IMG/VR virus record: IMGVR_UViG_3300037465_000326
Span: 1-42,042 of that record
Strand: one strand, 5' to 3'
From: a virus
Lineage: Duplodnaviria; Caudoviricetes
Length of the DNA: 42,042 nt
Below, piece after piece: positions 17,545 through 26,752 of the stretch (position 1 is the stretch's first letter; each line of letters opens with the position of its first letter). The translations under genes and the position numbers were made by a program. The notes beneath the pieces are model-generated. The model had not been told where the DNA came from, did not search any database, and worked only from the letters and a program-made list of their open reading frames with translations.

Positions 17545-19145
17545 TGGCCGGGCGTATCCAGATCATTCAGCCGAATCAGAGTTCGCGGGTGGGACCAGGA
17601 CCGCAGCCGCGCGCCACTGGCGCCGATTTTCAGACTGGTATTGGATCTGGTTCCGGTGTCGGTCTAGTCAGTTTCGGGGCCGAACTCTACAAAACGACCG
17701 AGGAACAGGAAGTTACGTCGGCACATACGAAGATCGCACAGGCGCGGGCCGAGTGGTCGGTTTATCTGGCGGAACGGGTGCGGAGGGCCGATGCTTTCGA
17801 TCCAAATTTCGCCGGCAAGATAGTTCAGGAATACGACGATTATCTCAGCAAGACGGCCGCTGGGTCCGGTGCGTTTACCCGCGCCGGTTCCAACGCACTG
17901 AATCGCGGTCTTGCCGACCTGCGCGCGGATATCGCGCGTCAGGCGGGGCTCTACCAGGTGAAGCTTGCGGGCGAGCGTGCTGCGATCGATTTCGCCGATA
18001 TGGTGGATGCCAACAGGAATGTCGTTTTGAACGACCCGACGCAATATGCCGTCGTGCTTCAAAGTCTTCGGGCAGCGATGAACGACCCGAACAGCAGCTA
18101 TTCGCGCATGCCCGCGTCCGAACGAATCAAATTGGGCGCCATGGCCGAGAAAGGTTTGGCTTTGTCGGCGATCCAGGGCACTATCCGTATGGACCCGGAA
18201 CTGGCCAAGCGTCAGATCGCGGGGGGTATGTGGAACGAAGCTCTTGACCCTGACTCTACCGCGTCGGCGCTGAACGCGGCGGACACGGCCATTCGGGGCC
18301 GTGAAGCCGAACGTCGGATGCTGGAGGGCGAGGAACGGCGCAAGATCGAGGAACAGAAAAGGGCGTTGTCCAGCCAAATCTGGAACGATATCGTCGAGGG
18401 CAAGCCTGGCACGCTGCGTGCGATTCTTGACAGCAATCTCGATCGCGCGGAGAAGAACGCGCTTTTCGAGGCGATGAAAGGCCGCGCCGGAGAAGGCGAC
18501 AAGGATGCCAAGACATACGGTCCTTCGTTCGTCGAAATGCTGAAGCGTATTCCGACCGACGCGCCTCTCACCGACGCGCAGATTTACGAACAGGTCGGCA
18601 AGGGTTTGACGACGGCCGGCGCCAACCAGTTGTTCGCGTGGAAGAACGGGCGCAAGACGAGCGAGGGCGCGGCCAATCAGAACATCCTGAACTCGTTCCT
18701 TCAGGGCGCCGAGGAACAGTTTACCGGACCGGTTGTTTTTGGCTTGCCTCGCTACAGCAAGGGCAAGTCCTTATACGCGGAATGGCTGCAATATGCACTA
18801 CCGGAAATCCAGAAAGGTATGGACGCCGGCAAGCCGCTGAACGAAATCCTAGATCCGAAAGGACCGATCGCGCAATCGATTCTGGTCCGCAAGCCGACCA
18901 TGAAACAGTTCATGGAGGATATCAACGGGCAGATGTCGGGCATGGGCACCGCGCCGCCGGCCGATCCGATCGCGAAGTTCCTGCCGAACGTCGCGCCCGG
19001 CGCCGCGCCGGCAAGCGTGACGGTTCCTATTGCGCCTCTTGTCGACGTATCGAAGGCGACGCGCACTGGCAAGGATAGGTCCGGGCGCGCAGTTTACGAA
19101 ATCGACGGCAAATGGGTGTACGGCGACGGGAGCGCCTACAAGTGA
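17544..19145 (+). CDS. Internal virion / ejection protein (gp15-like position)
   Basis: Helical ~533 aa; synteny. Confidence 0.65.
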   Translation: MAGRIQIIQPNQSSRVGPGPQPRATGADFQTGIGSGSGVGLVSFGAELYKTTEEQEVTSAHTKIAQARAEWSVYLAERVRRADAFDPNFAGKIVQEYDDYLSKTAAGSGAFTRAGSNALNRGLADLRADIARQAGLYQVKLAGERAAIDFADMVDANRNVVLNDPTQYAVVLQSLRAAMNDPNSSYSRMPASERIKLGAMAEKGLALSAIQGTIRMDPELAKRQIAGGMWNEALDPDSTASALNAADTAIRGREAERRMLEGEERRKIEEQKRALSSQIWNDIVEGKPGTLRAILDSNLDRAEKNALFEAMKGRAGEGDKDAKTYGPSFVEMLKRIPTDAPLTDAQIYEQVGKGLTTAGANQLFAWKNGRKTSEGAANQNILNSFLQGAEEQFTGPVVFGLPRYSKGKSLYAEWLQYALPEIQKGMDAGKPLNEILDPKGPIAQSILVRKPTMKQFMEDINGQMSGMGTAPPADPIAKFLPNVAPGAAPASVTVPIAPLVDVSKATRTGKDRSGRAVYEIDGKWVYGDGSAYK

Positions 19146-22100
19146 CGGCCTTGGTCGTTCCCGAGGGCATAACGCTTGACAGCGACGTGCCGGAAGGCAT
19201 CACGGTCGATGCCGAACCGGCGCCAGCCGCCATGCCGATCCGCTTGACGCGCCCCGTCGCCGAGCCCACCAAGCAGACGATCGACGCTTATACGAAGCAA
19301 GGCCTGACGCCCGAGGATGCAATAGCCGACGAGGTTACGGATGCCTCGACCGTGGGGCGCGTGCTCGACCGCTTCGGGCAGGGACTCAAGGCGGGTTGGG
19401 GCGCCGAACCGTTGGGTTTGTCGCCGCAGAGCGAGCAATGGATGCGCGATCATGGCCTGTATGACGACTACAAGGGCGGCTGGTCATCGATATTCCGGGC
19501 TATCAACGAAACGGTAATGCGGCCTACCGCCGCGTTGTTGGATGGCGCGATGCGTTCGATCCGCGCCGGTATGTACGGCGTGGCGGGGCTGGTTGGGCAG
19601 ACCGCCTATGAAGCGGGTCTGGCCGAAACGCCGGGGCGCGCGGTGCGCGATCTGGTTATGCTCGGCGATACTTTGTTGACCGTGGGCGGCGCGATGCCGT
19701 TCGGGTTAAAGCCAGGGCGCTTGCCGACCGAGCGTGTCGGGCCGGTCACGGCCGCCGAGGAAGCGGCCATCGTCGCGCGCGTGGCCGACGAAGCTCCCAT
19801 ACCCGGCGCCGTGCCGGAACCTGCGGCGCCACCGGTCGCCAAGGCGCCGAGCGCGCAACCGCTGCGCGCGCAGGCGACGGGCGAAGGATTGGCGCGTCCG
19901 GTTACGGAAAGCGCGCCGTTGCCACGCGACATGCCGGAACCGCCGGCGAACAGTCCCGTCGACAAGGCGGGCAATATCAACTTGAAATACATTGGCGGCG
20001 ACGATTTCAAGCAGATCGTCCGAGATACGGCCGAAAGCCCCTATTACAATCCAAAGATCAGGGGGCCGATGACCTTCGAGCAGATCGACGATCTTGCCGC
20101 CGAGCTCGATCTGCCGGCAACGAAACTTTTCGAGCGCGCCAAGGGCGAGGCGTGGAACGCCGAGCATATCGATGCCGCGCGCAACTGGATGGTAAAATAT
20201 ACGAATGACGTTCGGGACCTTCAGCGGAAGGTCGCGGCCGGCGATAACAGCGACAAGACGATCGTCGAGCTGCTTCAGGCCGAGGCGCGGCAAGTTGCCG
20301 CGCAGGAACAGGTAGCGGGCCTTGCCGACGAGGCGGGCCGTGCACTGGTCGTTTTCAGGCGGATGAAAGGCGAAATCGACGAAGCGAAGGCGATGGCCGA
20401 TGTGATCCGCGCCAGCGGGGGGCGCGAGGCGGCGATCGATCGAGCGCATAAGATCGGCGCGTTGAACGACCCGGCGGCCATATCTCGCACATTGCGCGGG
20501 CACATGCATAACACGGGGTGGAAGGATCGTTTCCTGGAACTCTGGTACAATTGGGGCCTGCTGGCTTCGCCGCCGACGCACATCGCCAATAACGTCTCGA
20601 ATCTGGCAGTCCAGCTTTACGAGGCGCTGGCCGTTCGACCGGCGCAAGGTGCTATCGGGTCGCTGCGGTCTCTCGCCGGCGCGATCGATCCAACTACGGT
20701 CGGAATAGGCGACGTGCTTGCGGATTGGGCGGGGTTCATAGCCGGCGCTCGCGAGGGCGCGGCGAACGCATGGACAGCGTTTCGTATCGAACGGCCAAGC
20801 GGAAATTGGGCGCTGAACAGGGACAATCCGCAGATAAGAGCGTGGGGATCGATCGACGAAGCGGGCAAGTGGGGTGGCAAGCAAATTCGCATCCCCGGAC
20901 GGTTGTTGATGGCTTCCGACGAGTTGTTCCGTACGATCGGGGCGCGACGCGCGCTTTGGACCGAGGCGAGCACGATGGCGCGGGCCGAGGGGCATGCCCT
21001 GTTCAGCGACGCCTATTTTTCCCGTGTCGCCGAAATCGTGTCTTCGCCGACGCCTGAAATGTTGGACCGGGCGGGGAAGATCGGCACCAAGCAGGTTTTT
21101 CAGGCGCCGCTCGGCAAGGCGGCGGGCGCGGTCAGTATCGCCGCGAACGAGTATCTTTTGCTGCGAATGCAGATTCCGTTCATTCGAACGCCCATTAATA
21201 TCTTCAAGTATGCGGCCGACCAGACGCCGCTGGGCATGTTGGCGCGCGAAGCGCGGGATAATCTTCGCGGCGTTAACGGCGCCGCAGCGCAGGACGCGCA
21301 GATCGCGCGTATGATTGTGGGTAGCATGTTTTCTACCGCCATCGCCTCATTGGCCGCGACGGGCGAGATTACTGGCGGTGGGCCGACCGATCCGGAAGAA
21401 CGAGCCATATGGTCCATACACCATAAGCCTTATCACATCCGAATTGGCGGTTACGAATACGACTACAAGCGACTGCTCGGGCCGCTTGGCCTTCTGCTGG
21501 CCATTCATGCCGACGCGAACGATATCGCGAAAGTAGCCGAGAAAGGCGAGTACGACAAGATCGCGGCACTGGCCGGTGCGTCGGTCATGAAGAACCTTGT
21601 CAACCAAACGTGGATGCAAGGACCGTCCGAAATGATGAAGGCGTTGAGCGACCCCGACCGCTTCGGCCAGCGGTGGGTCCAGCGTCAGGTCACAAGTCTG
21701 CTGACGCCCTCGATCATGGCCCAGGCCGCACGGATCGAAGACCCCTACCTGCGCGACGCGCGCACGATCGTCGACGCGGTGAAGGCCCGCACGCCCGGTT
21801 TTTCGAAGCAGGTCGCGCCGATGCGCGACATATTCGGCCAGTACATACCCCTTGATTTCCCCCTGGTTAGCGCGGCGCAGCAGGCCGCGGACCCGACCGT
21901 CCAGGCATTCACCCGTCTCGGTTTCTTCCCCGCCAAGCCCGACCGCAGGATGGGGGGCGTCGAGTTGTCGCCCGAGCAGTACGACCGGCTCCAATACCAT
22001 ACTGGAACGATGCTGCGGGTGCTGACCGATCGGATTGTTTCGCAGCCGAATTTCGAATCGCTACCCCCTTTCGTCCAAATGGATCAGTTAAAGGCCGCCG

Positions 22101-22204
22101 TGGAAGGCGCCCGGCGCATCGGCGCGGCTCGCGTTCAGATGGGCGATCCACAGCTAATGCATGATATTCTCAAGAAAAAGTACGATATCTTGACGAAGAA
22201 ATGA
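19142..22204 (+). CDS. Large internal virion / ejection protein (gp16-like position)
   Basis: ~1020 aa; GTGA coupling; LLASPPTHIAN and IPFIRTPINIF motifs; precedes the tail fibre. Confidence 0.75.
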   Translation: MTALVVPEGITLDSDVPEGITVDAEPAPAAMPIRLTRPVAEPTKQTIDAYTKQGLTPEDAIADEVTDASTVGRVLDRFGQGLKAGWGAEPLGLSPQSEQWMRDHGLYDDYKGGWSSIFRAINETVMRPTAALLDGAMRSIRAGMYGVAGLVGQTAYEAGLAETPGRAVRDLVMLGDTLLTVGGAMPFGLKPGRLPTERVGPVTAAEEAAIVARVADEAPIPGAVPEPAAPPVAKAPSAQPLRAQATGEGLARPVTESAPLPRDMPEPPANSPVDKAGNINLKYIGGDDFKQIVRDTAESPYYNPKIRGPMTFEQIDDLAAELDLPATKLFERAKGEAWNAEHIDAARNWMVKYTNDVRDLQRKVAAGDNSDKTIVELLQAEARQVAAQEQVAGLADEAGRALVVFRRMKGEIDEAKAMADVIRASGGREAAIDRAHKIGALNDPAAISRTLRGHMHNTGWKDRFLELWYNWGLLASPPTHIANNVSNLAVQLYEALAVRPAQGAIGSLRSLAGAIDPTTVGIGDVLADWAGFIAGAREGAANAWTAFRIERPSGNWALNRDNPQIRAWGSIDEAGKWGGKQIRIPGRLLMASDELFRTIGARRALWTEASTMARAEGHALFSDAYFSRVAEIVSSPTPEMLDRAGKIGTKQVFQAPLGKAAGAVSIAANEYLLLRMQIPFIRTPINIFKYAADQTPLGMLAREARDNLRGVNGAAAQDAQIARMIVGSMFSTAIASLAATGEITGGGPTDPEERAIWSIHHKPYHIRIGGYEYDYKRLLGPLGLLLAIHADANDIAKVAEKGEYDKIAALAGASVMKNLVNQTWMQGPSEMMKALSDPDRFGQRWVQRQVTSLLTPSIMAQAARIEDPYLRDARTIVDAVKARTPGFSKQVAPMRDIFGQYIPLDFPLVSAAQQAADPTVQAFTRLGFFPAKPDRRMGGVELSPEQYDRLQYHTGTMLRVLTDRIVSQPNFESLPPFVQMDQLKAAVEGARRIGAARVQMGDPQLMHDILKKKYDILTKK

Positions 22205-22218
22205 TTCGTCTTTAGGGT
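22190..22218 (+). promoter_or_regulatory. Putative promoter for tail fibre/lysis genes
   Basis: TTGACG-17nt-TAGGGT, then AGGAG RBS. Confidence 0.35.
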
Positions 22219-22239
22219 TGTGCCCACAGGAGCGCGGCC

Positions 22240-23331
22240 ATGTCGCTGACGACTACCACCAACACCTTTTCGATTACCGGCAATGGCGTCACTACAACCT
22301 TGCCGGTTCCGGTCTATTTTTTGGCCGACAGCGATTGGAAAGTCTACAAGGTCACCATAGCGGACGGCACGCGCGTTCTTCAGACGCTCAATACCGACTA
22401 CACTGTGACCGGCGCGTTGAACCCGGCCGGCGGTACGATAGAATTGACCGTGGCGCCGTCATCGTCCTACAAGATCGTCGCCTATCGCGATCCGCCGCTG
22501 ACGCAGGCGGTCGTTACCGTGCAGGACGATCCTTTTCCGGTCAAGAGCCACCTGGAGAAGCCACTCGACAAGCTGACGATGATCGCGCAGCGCCTGGCCG
22601 AGCGTCTCGATCGCGTCGTTTATCTGCCGGATGGGCAAGACCCCACGCCCAATCTTGCGATCCCCGATATCAGTACGCGATCCGGTAAAGTGCTCGGTTT
22701 CGAGAATAGCGCTACGGCGCCGTTGACGGTCATGACGCCTACCACCTCTACGATCGTTGCCGCCAGCGAAACCGCAGCCGGTATCGCCGAATTGGCCACG
22801 CAGACCGAGACGAATACAGGCACCGACGATACGCGGATCGTGACGCCATTGAAGCTGGCTACCTATATCACGACACTTCCCGGTGCCAAACTTTTGCAAC
22901 GCACATACGCGACCTATGCAACCAACGCCGATCTGACTACGACAATTCCGTTCGACGATACGATTCCCCAGAGCACCGAAGGTACGGAAATAATTACGCA
23001 GGCGATCACGCCGTTATCCGCATCTAGCCGCATTCGCATCAGGTTCCAAGCATTCGGCGGCACCAACGCAGTGAGTGCATTCGCCGCGGCGCTGTTCAAG
23101 GATAGCGATGCCGACGCCATATGCGTATCGGCCGCATACGTCGGCGACGCGAATAACGCGGAAGCGATCGTATTGGAATACGAGGAAGCGTCCGGTTCCA
23201 CATCTTCGAGAACCTATAAGATACGGGTTGGCGGCGCGACGGGGGCCACGCTTCGCCTGAACGGCACGACCAGCGGAAGGTTGTTTGGTGGTAGGGCGAT
23301 CGCGACACTAATCGTGGAAGAAATTGCGTGA
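22240..23331 (+). CDS. Tail fibre protein
   Basis: T7 gp17-like N-terminal anchor (GNGVTTT...DYTVTG...LDKLTMIAQ) and the fibre repeat ASETAAGIAELATQTE...VTPLKL. Confidence 0.85.
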   Translation: MSLTTTTNTFSITGNGVTTTLPVPVYFLADSDWKVYKVTIADGTRVLQTLNTDYTVTGALNPAGGTIELTVAPSSSYKIVAYRDPPLTQAVVTVQDDPFPVKSHLEKPLDKLTMIAQRLAERLDRVVYLPDGQDPTPNLAIPDISTRSGKVLGFENSATAPLTVMTPTTSTIVAASETAAGIAELATQTETNTGTDDTRIVTPLKLATYITTLPGAKLLQRTYATYATNADLTTTIPFDDTIPQSTEGTEIITQAITPLSASSRIRIRFQAFGGTNAVSAFAAALFKDSDADAICVSAAYVGDANNAEAIVLEYEEASGSTSSRTYKIRVGGATGATLRLNGTTSGRLFGGRAIATLIVEEIA

Positions 23332-23531
23332 TGACCGAACACGCCAAACATTGGCTGGACTGGACGGCGCTGGCCGTGACGATCGGCGCGATCGCACAAT
23401 GGCTTCCCGCCATGGCGGCGTTCGTGTCGATCGTGTGGTACTGCATTCGCATCTACGAATGGGCGAGGTCCGGCCGTGCATCTGACGCCCGGGATACCGG
23501 CGACGGCGTATCGCGCGCACGCAAACGATGA
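23331..23531 (+). CDS. Small membrane protein, holin/antiholin-like
   Basis: Hydrophobic segment LPAMAAFVSIVWYCIRIYEW with a basic C-terminus; follows the tail fibre. Confidence 0.55.
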   Translation: MTEHAKHWLDWTALAVTIGAIAQWLPAMAAFVSIVWYCIRIYEWARSGRASDARDTGDGVSRARKR

Positions 23532-23625
23532 TCGAGACGATGGCGCATGAAATGCGCCATGTCCGCGCCTACGGCCAAGGCGGCAAGTATGTAAAGAACA
23601 CAGCTTCGACCCGAGGGAGTTTTGA
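23476..23625 (+). pseudogene. Decayed HExxH (SprT-like) metallopeptidase remnant
   Basis: IETMAHEMRH in one frame; RQVCKEHSFDPREF* in another, whose TGA overlaps the next ATG. Confidence 0.45.
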
Positions 23626-24854
23626 TGTCGTCCTCCGCTCTCGACCGTCAGAAAGCACAAGAAGCCGTCAACATGGTGGCTACGTGCGGCGGCAGTACGT
23701 GGCGTGCCGCGCAACGGTTTGGCATCGCTCGCGGCACCATAGAATCCCGCCTGCTAAAAGCGAAGACTCTCGGCCTGAAACCGAACAACGATCCGATCGG
23801 CAAGACGGACGATATCGACACGCTGCGCGCCCGCATCCGCATGCTCGAGGGCGAAGTCGCGGACTTGCAGCGAAAGGTACTCGACGACACGCTGGTCCGT
23901 CAGCACATTGTCGGCCTGGCCGAGGGCGCGCGAAACATCGATGTGCCCCCGTGGCTGATCGACACGACAAAACCCGATAGCGCGCCGGGCGTGCCTACCC
24001 TGTTCGTCAGCGATCTTCACTGGGGGGAGGTAGTCCACCCCAGCCAGATCAACGGCGTGAACAAGTACGACGTGAAAACGGCGCATCAGCGAATGGAAGC
24101 GCTGGCCGAACGATCGGTGCGCCTGCTTGGCATCTTGAGCCCGAAGATGCAATATCCGGGGATTGTCGTCCCCCTTGGCGGCGACATGATTTCGGGGAAT
24201 ATCCATGACGAACTCACAGCCAGCAACGAACTCAATTCCGCGCCAGCGGTGCTTGATTTGTTTGGCGTTCTTCGGGGATTCCTTACCGGACTGGCAGATA
24301 CCTTCCGGAAAGTGTTTGTGCCATGCGTCACCGGAAACCATGGCCGCGATACACACAAAATCTGGGCCAAGGATCGGCATCACACCAGCTTCGATTGGCT
24401 GCTCTACTGCTTCCTCGCCAAGAGTCTAGAGGCCGACAAGCGCATTTCCTTCCTGATTCCCGACGGGCCGGACGCTTACTATCGCGTCTACGGCCATCGG
24501 TACTTGCTGTCGCACGGCGACCAGTTCCGCGGCGGCGACGGCATGATCGGCGCCCTCGGCCCCATCATCCGCGGCGACCACAAGAAGCGGTCGCGCAATG
24601 CCCAGATCGATCTGGAGTACGACACCCTTATCCTGGGACACTGGCACCAGTACATTCACATGCGCCGGCTTATCGTCAACGGATCGCTGAAGGGCTACGA
24701 CGAGTATGCCTACGGCAACAATTATCCCTTCGAGCCCCCGACGCAGGCGCTATGGATGACGCATCCGAAATATGGCATAACCTACCGAGCGCCGGTTTAC
24801 GTCGATCGCCTTCGCGAACCGCCCAAGACGGCCTGGGTATCGGTGGCCGCATAG
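23625..24854 (+). CDS. Calcineurin-like metallophosphoesterase with N-terminal HTH and coiled coil
   Basis: All five motifs present: SDLH, GGDMISG, GNHGR, SHGD, GHWH. Confidence 0.88.
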   Translation: MSSSALDRQKAQEAVNMVATCGGSTWRAAQRFGIARGTIESRLLKAKTLGLKPNNDPIGKTDDIDTLRARIRMLEGEVADLQRKVLDDTLVRQHIVGLAEGARNIDVPPWLIDTTKPDSAPGVPTLFVSDLHWGEVVHPSQINGVNKYDVKTAHQRMEALAERSVRLLGILSPKMQYPGIVVPLGGDMISGNIHDELTASNELNSAPAVLDLFGVLRGFLTGLADTFRKVFVPCVTGNHGRDTHKIWAKDRHHTSFDWLLYCFLAKSLEADKRISFLIPDGPDAYYRVYGHRYLLSHGDQFRGGDGMIGALGPIIRGDHKKRSRNAQIDLEYDTLILGHWHQYIHMRRLIVNGSLKGYDEYAYGNNYPFEPPTQALWMTHPKYGITYRAPVYVDRLREPPKTAWVSVAA

Positions 24855-24864
24855 GAGAACCGCC

Positions 24865-25293
24865 ATGGAAATGATCCTGTTCCTTCTGATTTTCGGGGGT
24901 TTCGGCTATTTTTTACTGTTTACGGAAAAGGGCCAGGATGTGTGGGCAAGCATGAAGGCGTGGTTCGACACGCCGGACGACAGCAGCCGCCCGCCGCCCG
25001 CCGCCATGCTCGCCGCCATCGCGCTGCTGGGGGCGTTGCTGATCGGCAAAACGGTCGATGCGCAAATGGGCCCGGCGACTTGCGGTGCCTACGCCTCGTT
25101 GCTAACGGCCGCCGAGCAAAACGACTTTCGCCCACAGTTTTCATGGGTCGACTCGGACGGAGACAAGTTCGTGGTGTTCGCCAATAGGGCGCGTAAAGTC
25201 TTTGTGGTTGTGATCTATCGCGACAAAGGCGTAGCTTGCCTATCCGATGTCGGCACCGATTTCACCGTCGAGAAAAAGCATAACGAGGTCTGA
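24865..25293 (+). CDS. Hypothetical membrane protein
   Basis: AGGAG RBS; two hydrophobic segments. Confidence 0.65.
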   Translation: MEMILFLLIFGGFGYFLLFTEKGQDVWASMKAWFDTPDDSSRPPPAAMLAAIALLGALLIGKTVDAQMGPATCGAYASLLTAAEQNDFRPQFSWVDSDGDKFVVFANRARKVFVVVIYRDKGVACLSDVGTDFTVEKKHNEV

Positions 25294-25295
25294 CC

Positions 25296-25550
25296 ATGGA
25301 GCAGATCATCGCCCAGGGGCAGGCGATCAAGACCTTTTGGGTTGCGTTCGCCTGCGCCGTCCCCTTTGTTTTGATGTTTGTGTTGTGGGCGGGATTACGG
25401 CTGCTCGATCGGTCGGCCGGGGTGCGCTTCGCCGATACGGTGAAATTGTCGAATTTCAACGATGCACTCTACTTCGGCATGCGGTGGATAGGGGGCTGCA
25501 TCGTGATCTCGGCCGCGATGGTCATGCTCGGGATGGTGCTCGCGTCGTGA
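25296..25550 (+). CDS. Putative holin
   Basis: 84 aa with two TM segments; overlaps the endolysin start. Confidence 0.6.
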   Translation: MEQIIAQGQAIKTFWVAFACAVPFVLMFVLWAGLRLLDRSAGVRFADTVKLSNFNDALYFGMRWIGGCIVISAAMVMLGMVLAS

Positions 25551-26146
25551 GCGACTACAACCCCACGAAATATTTTAGCTACCGGCATCCAGTCGTCATA
25601 ATCTTGGTGCTGGTTCTTATTCTTACTTTCGGGCACAGCGCCCATAGCGCGGTGTTCCCGCGCACCTACGACGCCGATATCCAGCGCGCAACCAAGATGT
25701 ACATGCCCGGTGTGCCTTGGAGGCTCTACAAGGCCCAACTCTGGCAGGAAAGCCGGCTCGATCCCGATGCCCGGTCGCCGGCGGGGGCCGAAGGCATTGC
25801 GCAGTTCATGCCGGGGACATGGGCCGATATAGCGCCGCACATCGGGGCCGGCACGTTGATGCGCAATCATGCTTCAGCCGCTATTCAGGCCGGCGCCTAC
25901 TACATGGCCAGCCTGCGCCGGTCGTGGTCGGCGCCGCGGCCCGAGGATGACCGGCACCGGCTGGCCTTGGCGTCCTACAACGCCGGTTTGGGAAATATCC
26001 TGGCGGCGCAGCGTGCCTGCGCCGATCCGGTGCTTTACGAGGCGATCATGGCCTGCCTGCCCCGGATCACCGGCCGGCACGCCGCCGAGACACTGGATTA
26101 CGCGCCCCGGATTTACCGCTGGTTTCACATCATGGTGACGACATGA
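25547..26146 (+). CDS. Endolysin, SLT lytic transglycosylase with N-terminal hydrophobic segment
   Basis: QESRLDPDARSPAGAEGIAQFMPGTW and LASYNAGLG; GTG start at 25547. Confidence 0.92.
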   Translation: MSDYNPTKYFSYRHPVVIILVLVLILTFGHSAHSAVFPRTYDADIQRATKMYMPGVPWRLYKAQLWQESRLDPDARSPAGAEGIAQFMPGTWADIAPHIGAGTLMRNHASAAIQAGAYYMASLRRSWSAPRPEDDRHRLALASYNAGLGNILAAQRACADPVLYEAIMACLPRITGRHAAETLDYAPRIYRWFHIMVTT

Positions 26147-26604
26147 CCTGGTTGTGGCTTCTGTGGCGCTACAAGGCACTGGTGAGCGTGGCGGCGCTTG
26201 GACTTGTCATCGGCTGGCTCAAGTCGCAGAATGCGCATCTGGAGGCCAAGGTTGCAGGCTTGGAAGCCGCAGTAGAAACAGCCAACAACGAGACACGTCT
26301 GGCTAACGAGGCGACCAGGAAGTGCGCCGTCGCGAACGAGAATACGTTGCGTTCTTACGACCGCGCCAAGGCCGACTACGACGAAACCCTGCGCGCGTTG
26401 GAGCGCGAGATTGCCCGCATAAGCGACGAGAAGCAGAAGGTGCAGATCGTCAGGAAGGTGGTCCGTGAACGCATCGAATCATGCCCCCCACAGCCTGTTC
26501 CTCCTGGGATTGGCACTGCTCTTGACTGGTTGCGGGTCAATCCCGATCGAGCGATCCGTAGAAGTGATAACGGAAATCCGATACGAGCGCCAGCAAATCC
26601 CTGA
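26143..26604 (+). CDS. Rz: i-spanin (Rz-like)
   Basis: N-terminal TM helix plus coiled coil; follows the endolysin. Confidence 0.8.
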   Translation: MTWLWLLWRYKALVSVAALGLVIGWLKSQNAHLEAKVAGLEAAVETANNETRLANEATRKCAVANENTLRSYDRAKADYDETLRALEREIARISDEKQKVQIVRKVVRERIESCPPQPVPPGIGTALDWLRVNPDRAIRRSDNGNPIRAPANP

Positions 26605-26752
26605 CGCGCTGCTAATATGCCGGCCGGAACCGCCAGCGCCATTAAATGACGACGAACAGATAGCTGGCTACCTGATAGACCTAGCCGTGGCGGGGCGGGA
26701 TTGTCGAGCGAAGCTGAACGCGGTACGCGCCCTGGCGACGAAAGAACGCTAA
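26465..26752 (+). CDS. Rz1: o-spanin (Rz1-like lipoprotein)
   Basis: Lipobox LLLTGC, Pro-rich, C-terminal DCRAKL; overlaps the i-spanin 3' end in another frame. Confidence 0.82.
   Translation: MNASNHAPHSLFLLGLALLLTGCGSIPIERSVEVITEIRYERQQIPDALLICRPEPPAPLNDDEQIAGYLIDLAVAGRDCRAKLNAVRALATKER

Noticed and set aside
23528-23980. 150-aa ORF as an intact gene
   Set aside because: Only the first ~15 codons look protein-like (HExxH); the rest overlaps the phosphoesterase out of frame. Treated as a pseudogene fragment.
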